From an uncultured Candidatus Saccharibacteria bacterium (GTDB lineage Bacteria > Patescibacteriota > Minisyncoccia > Minisyncoccales > Staskawiczbacteraceae): a DNA stretch of 64,000 nt. Position 1 is the stretch's first letter. Each line of letters starts with the position of its first letter. The translations under genes and the position numbers were made by a program. Location of the stretch: positions 8,123 to 72,122 of the forward strand of contig CAYIVF010000001.1 of assembly GCA_964366875.1 (NCBI GenBank). The letters are read 5' to 3'. Positions 57,077 to 64,000 of the stretch are shown piece by piece. Under the pieces are notes generated by a model. It was not told the origin of the DNA. It saw only the letters and a list, made by a program, of their open reading frames with translations, and ran no database searches.

Positions 57077-57966
57077 ACAATCAGCCATTAGTTTCAGTAA
57101 TTATCCCCACTTATAATAGGAAAAAATATGTTGTTAAAGCAATTGACAGCGTTTTAAAACAAACTTATAAAAATATAGAAATAATAGTGATTGATGATGG
57201 CTCGGCAGATGGAACAGATGAGATTATTTCCGAATTTAGCAAAAAGAATCCGGGAATAATTTCTATAAAAAATAAAACTAATTTAGGTTTTGTAAAAACT
57301 CTTAATAAGGGAATATCATCGGCAAAAGGCAAATATATTGCCCGTTTAGACGATGACGATTTTTGGCGCGATTCCCAAAAATTAGAAAAACAAGTTGAAT
57401 TTTTTGAAAAGAATCCAGAATACGCGCTAATTGGCGGCGGAGTGATAAAAATAGATAAAGAAGGCAGGGAAATTGTAAGATTTTTGGTGCCAGAAACCGA
57501 TGAAAATATCAGGAAAGCAATTTTAATAAGCAATGTGTTTGCGCACAGTGCGGTCATTTTTAAAAAAGATAATTGGGAGCGGGCTGGCGATTATGATGAA
57601 GAATTCGGTTTTTTTTCAGATTGGGATTTATGGTTGAAACTTGGAAAGTTTGGCAAATTTTATAATTTCCAGGAATTTTTTATTTATTATTCAGACCAAG
57701 AGCAGAATTCAGGCCGCACTACGCACGATTATGAAATACGGCGCAAGTTGACAACAAATATCAAATTAAAAAATAAATACAAGAATTATTATCCAGGATA
57801 CAAAAAAGCCATATTAATTTGTTTTGCCAATTATTTTTATTCTTTTTTGCCTTTTAGAAAAAAGTTATGGCCAACGATTTTCTGGTTCAGAAAGTTAATT
57901 TTTGGGCCCTCGCCGTATAAATATTCCGAGCTTTACAATAAAAAAAATGAAAATAAAAAAATTTAA
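57073..57966 (+). CDS. Glycosyltransferase family 2
   Basis: 297 aa. VSVIIPTYNRKKYV, IIVIDDGSADGT, DDDD acidic motif. Confidence 0.75.
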   Translation: MNNQPLVSVIIPTYNRKKYVVKAIDSVLKQTYKNIEIIVIDDGSADGTDEIISEFSKKNPGIISIKNKTNLGFVKTLNKGISSAKGKYIARLDDDDFWRDSQKLEKQVEFFEKNPEYALIGGGVIKIDKEGREIVRFLVPETDENIRKAILISNVFAHSAVIFKKDNWERAGDYDEEFGFFSDWDLWLKLGKFGKFYNFQEFFIYYSDQEQNSGRTTHDYEIRRKLTTNIKLKNKYKNYYPGYKKAILICFANYFYSFLPFRKKLWPTIFWFRKLIFGPSPYKYSELYNKKNENKKI

Positions 57967-59275
57967 AATTTGTATTGTCGGGACAGGTTATGTAGGATTG
58001 GTTTCTGGCACTTGTTTTGCCGAAATTGGGCATAGTGTTGTTTGTGTAGATAACAATAAAAAAAAGATTGAAATGCTTCAAAGGGGCGTATCGCCAATTT
58101 ATGAACCTGGTTTAGATAAGTTGATTATAAAGAACAAAAAAAGAGGAAGATTATTTTTTAGCTCAGATATTAAGGAAGCCGTTAAAAATTCAGATATTAT
58201 TTTTATTGCAGTTCATACTCCGACAAAAGAGAATGGAGAAACCGACCTTCGTTACGTGGAAGATGTTTCAAAAGAAGTAGCAAAAGCAATGGATAAGTAT
58301 AAGATTATAGTTAGTAAAAGCACAATGCCCGTAAAAACTGGACAAAAAATAAAAGAAATAATCAGTAAATTTTGTTGTAAAAATATTAGTTTTGATGTAG
58401 TATCAAACCCAGAGTTTTTAAGAGAAGGAACGGCTATTAAAGATTTTTTGGAACCTGACAGAATTGTAATCGGAGTAGAAAGCGAAAAAGCAGAGAGGAT
58501 TATGAGAGCTCTTTATAATCCAATTAAGGCACCGATTATCTTTACAAATATTGAATCAGCTGAAATTATAAAACATACTTGTAATGCATTTTTGGCCACA
58601 AAAATTTCATTTATAAACGCAATTGCCAATATTTGTGAAAAAAATGGAGCCAACATAACAGAGGTGGCATTTGCCATGGGCCTTGATAAAAGAATAGGTA
58701 ATGCTTTTTTGAATCCTGGCATAGGTTTTGGAGGGAGCTGTTTACCCAAAGACATAAGTGCCTTTATTAATATTGCTGAAAAAAGCAATTATAATTTTAG
58801 TTTGTTAAAAGAAGTTAAAAAAATCAATCAATGGCAAAGAAAAAGTTTTGTTGAAAAGCTCAAAAAAAATATTTTAGGAATAAAAAACAAAAAAATAGGA
58901 ATATTAGGTCTATCTTTCAAGCCAAATACCGATGACATGAGAGAAGCTCCTTCAATTGATATTATTAATGGGCTATTAAAAAGAGGAGTGCATATCAAAG
59001 CTTTTGACCCGGCGGCAATGGGAAAAGCTAAAGAAATTTTTCAAAATAAGATTATTTATTGCTCTGACATTTATAAAACCGCTAAAGATTGCGACGCTTT
59101 GATTATCTTAACCGAGTGGGACGAGTTTAAAAATATGGATCTGGGAAAAATAAAAAAACTGCTGAAATCACCTATTATTTTTGACGGTAGGAATATTTTT
59201 AATCCCAAGAAGATGAAAAAATTAGGTTTCGATTATTCTTCTATCGGCAGAAAATGGCATGAAAAACAAAATTAA
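57947..59275 (+). CDS. ugd: UDP-glucose/GDP-mannose 6-dehydrogenase family enzyme
   Basis: Track ORF from 57902; start MKIKKFKICIVGTGYVG (NAD Rossmann); catalytic Cys motif GFGGSCLPKD. Confidence 0.8.
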   Translation: MKIKKFKICIVGTGYVGLVSGTCFAEIGHSVVCVDNNKKKIEMLQRGVSPIYEPGLDKLIIKNKKRGRLFFSSDIKEAVKNSDIIFIAVHTPTKENGETDLRYVEDVSKEVAKAMDKYKIIVSKSTMPVKTGQKIKEIISKFCCKNISFDVVSNPEFLREGTAIKDFLEPDRIVIGVESEKAERIMRALYNPIKAPIIFTNIESAEIIKHTCNAFLATKISFINAIANICEKNGANITEVAFAMGLDKRIGNAFLNPGIGFGGSCLPKDISAFINIAEKSNYNFSLLKEVKKINQWQRKSFVEKLKKNILGIKNKKIGILGLSFKPNTDDMREAPSIDIINGLLKRGVHIKAFDPAAMGKAKEIFQNKIIYCSDIYKTAKDCDALIILTEWDEFKNMDLGKIKKLLKSPIIFDGRNIFNPKKMKKLGFDYSSIGRKWHEKQN

Positions 59276-60182
59276 AAAAATTTTAATCACTGGTTCAAGC
59301 GGCACAATTGGCGCCCGGCTTTTTGAAAAATTATTAGAGCAAGGCTACAAAATCCGTGGTTTTGATAAAAAATTCAATAAATGGCATTCTCGCTTAAATA
59401 AGCTGACTATTATCGGAAACCTATTAAATAAAAAAGATATTAAAAAAATACCAACTGATTTTGATTTAATAATTCATTTAGCAGCTAACGCCAGGGTTTA
59501 TGATTTAGTTTTGAAACCAGATTTAGCTCGAGACAATATTATTACCACCTATAATATTCTTGAATTTGCTCGTAAGAATAATATTAAAAATATTATTTTT
59601 TCAAGCAGCAGAGAAGTTTATGGTAATAGAAAAAATATAATAGCCAAAGAAAGGGACATTGATTTACAGCTCTGTGAAAGCGCTTATTCGGCTAGCAAAA
59701 TTTCAGACGAAGCGCTGATATATTCTTTTTCTAAATGCTATGGGATTGATTATATTATTTGCCGTTTTTCCAATGTTTATGGCATGTATGATGAAAGCGA
59801 GAGATTTATCCCTATAATGATAAAAAATATAAAGAAGAATAAAGACATAAAAATATTTGGCAAAGATAAAATTTTAGATTTTACTTATATTGATGACTGT
59901 ATTAGCGGAATAATTAAATGTGTTGAAAGATTTTTTAAAGTTAAAAATAATGTTTTTAATATTGCATCGGGGGAGGGCGTAAAACTCATTGATGCGGCTA
60001 AAATTATTAAGCAAAAAATAAATAGTAAAAGTAAAATTTTAATAGAAAAAAATCGGCAAGGAGAAGTAATAAGGTTTGTTGCCGATATTTCTAAAGCAAA
60101 TAAAATGTTGGGGTACAAGCCAAAATATTCTCTTTTGAAGGGCCTGAAATTGACTATTGATTGGTACCAAAAGAGGCGCTAA
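59259..60182 (+). CDS. NAD-dependent nucleotide-sugar epimerase/dehydratase (extended SDR)
   Basis: 307 aa. ILITGSSGTIG (Rossmann), YSASK (YxxxK). Confidence 0.75.
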   Translation: MKNKIKKILITGSSGTIGARLFEKLLEQGYKIRGFDKKFNKWHSRLNKLTIIGNLLNKKDIKKIPTDFDLIIHLAANARVYDLVLKPDLARDNIITTYNILEFARKNNIKNIIFSSSREVYGNRKNIIAKERDIDLQLCESAYSASKISDEALIYSFSKCYGIDYIICRFSNVYGMYDESERFIPIMIKNIKKNKDIKIFGKDKILDFTYIDDCISGIIKCVERFFKVKNNVFNIASGEGVKLIDAAKIIKQKINSKSKILIEKNRQGEVIRFVADISKANKMLGYKPKYSLLKGLKLTIDWYQKRR

Positions 60183-60200
60183 TATTATTAATATCTTTGT

Positions 60201-61025
60201 ATGAATCACGAAATTATTATTAAGCCCAAAAAAGGGTTTGCAACCGTAGATTTTAAAGAGCTATGGCGCTACAGGGAGCTTCTCTATTTTTTTGCCTGGA
60301 GAGACATTAAATTACGTTACAAACAAACTGTTATTGGGATTGGTTGGGCGATTTTACAGCCATTTTTAATGATGGTGGTTTTTTCAATTATTTTTGGGAG
60401 CATTGCCAAGGTGCCTTCGGATAATATCCCTTATCCTATTTTTTCTTATGCCGGTCTTTTGTTCTGGAATATTTTTTCCAATTCTTTGAATAATGCCAGC
60501 CAAAGTTTGGTTGTAAGCTCCAATATTATTCAGAAGGTTTATCTGCCCAGAATAATTTTACCAACTGCCTCTATTATTGTTACTCTGGCCGATTTTTTCT
60601 TCGCATTTTTGGTTTTTGCGGGTATTTTAATTTATTATCAGTTTATGCCGAATTTTTTAGGATTAGTTCTTCTACTACCCCTTTTGTTTATAACTATTAT
60701 AGCTTCTATGGGTTTGGGTTTATTTTTGTCGGCTTTAAATGTCAAATATCGCGATGTTCGCTACGCGCTTCCTTTTTTTATCCAACTTTTAATATTTATT
60801 ACCCCGGTTATTTATCCCATAAGCATTGTTGCCGAAAAATATAGATGGATTTTAGCGTTAAATCCAATGACAGGAATTATTGAAACTTTTAAGTCGGCCC
60901 TTTTGGGGACCACAGCTATTGATTGGATAACTTTGTCAATTTCTGTAATTACAAGCTTAGTTTTTTTGCTTTTTGGCCTTTGGTATTTTTTAAAAACAGA
61001 AAAAATATTTGCTGACATAATTTAA
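60201..61025 (+). CDS. ABC-2 type polysaccharide export permease (Wzm/TagG-like)
   Basis: 274 aa, six TM helices; adjacent ATPase gene. Confidence 0.7.
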   Translation: MNHEIIIKPKKGFATVDFKELWRYRELLYFFAWRDIKLRYKQTVIGIGWAILQPFLMMVVFSIIFGSIAKVPSDNIPYPIFSYAGLLFWNIFSNSLNNASQSLVVSSNIIQKVYLPRIILPTASIIVTLADFFFAFLVFAGILIYYQFMPNFLGLVLLLPLLFITIIASMGLGLFLSALNVKYRDVRYALPFFIQLLIFITPVIYPISIVAEKYRWILALNPMTGIIETFKSALLGTTAIDWITLSISVITSLVFLLFGLWYFLKTEKIFADII

Positions 61026-61027
61026 AT

Positions 61028-62314
61028 ATGAATTTCATTATAAAAGTCGAAAATTTGTCAAAAAGATATTGGATTTCGCACCAAAAGAGGGCGCCTTATA
61101 GCACCCTGCGTGAAGATTTAATAAATGTCTTTAAAAAACCAATACATTGGCTGAACGGCCGTAGAAAAAACAAAGAACATATCTGGGCATTAAAAAATAT
61201 TAACTTTTCAGTAGAGCCCGGAGAGATACTTGGGGTTATTGGACCCAATGGAGCGGGTAAATCCACTCTTTTAAAGATTTTAACTAGGATTACCCCTCCG
61301 ACAGAAGGCAAAGCGGTTGTAAGGGGTCGGATAGGCAGTTTATTAGAAGTTGGTACCGGTTTTCACCCGGAGCTGACTGGAAGGGAAAATATATATCTTA
61401 ATGGCGCCATTTTGGGAATGAAAAGAAAAGAAATTAATGGGAAATTTGATGAAATCGTAGAATTTTCAGGCGTGGAAAAATTTTTAGACACTCCTTTAAA
61501 ACGTTATTCCAGCGGAATGAATGTAAGATTGGCATTTTCTGTGGCCGCTCATTTAGAGCCGGAGATTTTATTGATTGATGAAGTTCTGGCTGTTGGCGAT
61601 GCCGCTTTCCAAAAGAAATCATTGGGTAAAATGGAAGAGGTGAGCCGCAAAGGCAAAACAGTGCTTTTTGTTTCGCATAATATGGCCAGCGTGATGAATC
61701 TTTGTCCCAGAACTATTCTTTTGGACTCGGGTAAAATAGTGATGGATGGTCCTACGTCGAATGTTATTGAACACTATATGGGCTTGAAAGAAAATAAAAT
61801 TGCTCAAGTTGTATGGCAAGATCCTCTTTCAGCTCCGGGCAACGAAGAAGTACGGCTTCACAAGGTGCGCGTTTTATCAAACGAGGGGAAGCCAATTTCT
61901 GAAGCAGACATCCAAAAAGAAATTATTGTTGAATTAAGTTATTGGAATCTTAAAGAGGGAGCCAAGCTTTTAACTTCAATTCATTTAGTTAACAGCCAAG
62001 GTGTTACCGTGTTAACAACTTTTAACGCGCCGTCTGCCAGTTTAACCCCTGATTCTTGGTACCATAAGGCAAAACCAAAAGGTTTATTTCGTTCTGTTTG
62101 CAAAATTCCGGGAAATTTTTTAAATGAAGGCCTTTATTTTATTAATGTTTATGTCGCAAGTTATGACGGAACTATAATAGCTCATGTAGCTGAAGAAAAG
62201 GTTATTTCTTTTAATGTTGTTGATACCGGCTCAATGCGCAAGGAATACAGTGGGCCCTGGCTTGGAGTAGTTAGACCCCGTCTTGCTTGGGACACAAAAT
62301 ATCAAGGAGATTAA
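61028..62314 (+). CDS. ABC transporter ATP-binding protein for polysaccharide export (Wzt/TagH-like) with C-terminal extension domain
   Basis: 428 aa. Walker A GPNGAGKST, signature YSSGM, Walker B LLIDEVLAVGD; about 180-aa C-terminal beta-rich extension. Confidence 0.8.
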   Translation: MNFIIKVENLSKRYWISHQKRAPYSTLREDLINVFKKPIHWLNGRRKNKEHIWALKNINFSVEPGEILGVIGPNGAGKSTLLKILTRITPPTEGKAVVRGRIGSLLEVGTGFHPELTGRENIYLNGAILGMKRKEINGKFDEIVEFSGVEKFLDTPLKRYSSGMNVRLAFSVAAHLEPEILLIDEVLAVGDAAFQKKSLGKMEEVSRKGKTVLFVSHNMASVMNLCPRTILLDSGKIVMDGPTSNVIEHYMGLKENKIAQVVWQDPLSAPGNEEVRLHKVRVLSNEGKPISEADIQKEIIVELSYWNLKEGAKLLTSIHLVNSQGVTVLTTFNAPSASLTPDSWYHKAKPKGLFRSVCKIPGNFLNEGLYFINVYVASYDGTIIAHVAEEKVISFNVVDTGSMRKEYSGPWLGVVRPRLAWDTKYQGD

Positions 62315-62322
62315 GATAAATT

Positions 62323-63444
62323 ATGGAAGAAATAAAACCATATTTAAGCATTATTATGGCCTCCCGCAATGATGATTATCAGGGCAACGCGCTAAGCCGC
62401 TTGCAGATGGTTGTTAACAATCTTATTGACCAGGCAAAGCAATATAATTTAAGAGCGGAATTGATAATTGTGGACTGGAATCCACCATCAGATAAGCCGT
62501 TATTGAAAGACGCTGTTTTTTTGCCAGATGATTTGGGGCCCTCTATTGTTAGATTTATTACGGTGCCTTCTTCTATCCATAAAACTTACAGATGTTCTGA
62601 TAAAATAAAGATAATTACCGTAGCGGCTTTGAATGTTGGAATCAGGCGGGCTGAAGGAGAATTTATATGGACGACAAATTCTGATTTATTGTTTTCTGAC
62701 GAGTTGATGCGCTTTTTATCTTCAGAGAAATTAGAAAAAGGTCGTTTTTACAGAGCTTTCAGGTATTCTGTCCGTGAAGATGTTTTGAAATTGAAAGATG
62801 CTCCTTTAAAAGAGCGGTTGGATTTTTGCCAGAATAATATTGTTTTTATCCACCCCAGAAATACTGTTTCCATTCATGGTCTGCCCGACCATCCTATTCT
62901 TCAAACCGCCACTGGAGGCGATTTTATAGTATTTTCAAAAGAGCACTGGCATTTATTGCACGGCTATGTTCAGCTTAACAATCTGGGAGGGTTTACCGAT
63001 TGGTTATTATGTTACATATGTTATTTAGCCGGGCTTAAAGAAAAAATATTAGACGATTCAATGAGAGTTTATCACATCGACCATGCGAGACACGCCAAAC
63101 AGCGGGAAGAATTCTCTAAGGGCATTATTAATACTCTCAGGTATAAGATTTTCCCTAAGATTGATGACAATAATAAATTAAAAATATTAGCAAGAAAAAT
63201 TAATAATTTAAAAAATAAAACATTAGACCTTTTTACAAACATTTTTTACCGTCTATTCGGAAGATTTATAAGAAAATATGGCCCGCCAGGAATCTGGGAC
63301 CGCAATCTTCGCTATTTATATTGGGAATTTCATAAGCTGCTTTTGGATATGCTAAAAGGAAAAAGGTCGTATGTTTATAACGACGATAATTGGGGCCTGC
63401 CCAATGAAAACTTTGCGGAGTTTGTAATAAAAAATGAATCATAA
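62323..63444 (+). CDS. Hypothetical protein, putative glycosyltransferase-like; tandem paralog 1
   Basis: 373 aa. N-terminal YLSIIMASRNDDYQGN...ELIIVDWNPP. Shares a 289-bp identical block with the downstream paralog. Confidence 0.4.
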   Translation: MEEIKPYLSIIMASRNDDYQGNALSRLQMVVNNLIDQAKQYNLRAELIIVDWNPPSDKPLLKDAVFLPDDLGPSIVRFITVPSSIHKTYRCSDKIKIITVAALNVGIRRAEGEFIWTTNSDLLFSDELMRFLSSEKLEKGRFYRAFRYSVREDVLKLKDAPLKERLDFCQNNIVFIHPRNTVSIHGLPDHPILQTATGGDFIVFSKEHWHLLHGYVQLNNLGGFTDWLLCYICYLAGLKEKILDDSMRVYHIDHARHAKQREEFSKGIINTLRYKIFPKIDDNNKLKILARKINNLKNKTLDLFTNIFYRLFGRFIRKYGPPGIWDRNLRYLYWEFHKLLLDMLKGKRSYVYNDDNWGLPNENFAEFVIKNES

Positions 63445-63446
63445 GC

Positions 63447-64000
63447 CATATTTAAGCATTGTTATAACTTCCCGCAATGATGATTATCAAGGTAATGGAT
63501 TTATACGGATGCAGACATCTGTTAATAGTCTTTTGGTTCAGGCAAAGCAATATAATTTAAGAGCGGAATTGATAATTGTGGACTGGAATCCACCATCAGA
63601 TAAGCCGTTATTGAAAGACGCTGTTTTTTTGCCAGATGATTTGGGGCCCTCTATTGTTAGATTTATTACGGTGCCTTCTTCTATCCATAAAACTTACAGA
63701 TGTTCTGATAAAATAAAGATAATTACCGTAGCGGCTTTGAATGTTGGAATCAGGCGGGCTGAAGGAGAATTTATATGGACGACAAATTCTGATTTATTGT
63801 TTTCTGACGAGTTGATGCGCTTTTTATCTTCAGAGAAATTAGAAAGGGATTGCTTTTACAGGGCTTTCCGCTATGATGTTAACGGAGATGTTTTAAAATA
63901 TAACTCTCAAAAAGAGCGGTTGGACTTTTGCAAAAATAATATTATTCAGGCCTTTTTGGAAACAAAAAACTCCATTCATGGTTTGCCTAATTATCCTATT
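63447..64000 (+). CDS. Tandem paralog 2 of the putative glycosyltransferase-like protein, 3'-truncated by window edge
   Basis: Manual translation MNHKPYLSIVITSRNDDYQGNGFIRMQ...; runs off the window end. Confidence 0.4.

Noticed and set aside
1-64000. CRISPR array
   Set aside because: No array of regularly spaced 25-40-bp direct repeats found. The only short tandem repeats are 7-bp x4 microsatellites and the CTTGA motif arrays, which lack spacers of uniform length.
1-64000. tRNA, rRNA, tmRNA, RNase P, SRP RNA genes
   Set aside because: Scanned intergenic regions by eye for GC-rich cloverleaf-like segments and conserved motifs (CCA-proximal T-loop GTTC, RNase P AGGAAAGTCCGGGCTCC-like, SRP GGAA/AGCA). 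None recognised; a covariance-model scan would be the decisive check.

Overview
This 64-kb window comes from an AT-rich, gene-dense bacterial genome. GC is about 35% by eye, with a few sharply GC-richer islands. The gene content looks like a Candidate Phyla Radiation (Patescibacteria-like) organism: a short FtsZ with no C-terminal tail, a short Mfd, O-antigen-ligase/TPR fusions, giant surface proteins, and an intein-laden class III ribonucleotide reductase. That placement is inference.

Core genes present are a RelA/SpoT-family HD gene (partial), topA, mfd, pth, lepB, hisS, rpsU, yqeY, ybeY, ftsA, ftsZ, nrdD (three LAGLIDADG inteins), nrdG, comEC, htrA, clpB, an ECF sigma factor with a putative anti-sigma partner, and a long surface-polysaccharide locus (GT2, GT4, Ugd, epimerase, Wzx, Wzy-like ligase, Wzm/Wzt ABC exporter).

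Accessory and unusual content:
- Putative restriction-modification pair (5080-7848): a convergent candidate PD-ExK endonuclease and a DNA methyltransferase fused N-terminally to a complete LexA-like (HTH + S24 autopeptidase) module.
- Four adjacent small genes (8423-10399) share a roughly 70-aa domain; the last carries a PLD-like motif.
- Mosaic repeated intergenic modules (10481-11740).
- Three GC-rich islands. The largest lies between nrdG and comEC: two divergent paralogous GC-rich genes, each followed by a CTTGA repeat array and each accompanied by a near-identical copy of the comEC promoter/5' end (a cassette-like insertion hotspot).
- Three heptanucleotide x4 microsatellites inside pth and nrdG.
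- Three perfect DnaA boxes, one upstream of nrdDG.
- A 27-bp perfect palindrome over an RBS.
- A 24-bp inverted-repeat-flanked 116-bp segment directly upstream of the polysaccharide locus (candidate invertible promoter or MITE).
- A 289-bp 100%-identical tract shared by two tandem paralogs at the 3' end of the window.

No CRISPR array, rRNA or tRNA was recognised.
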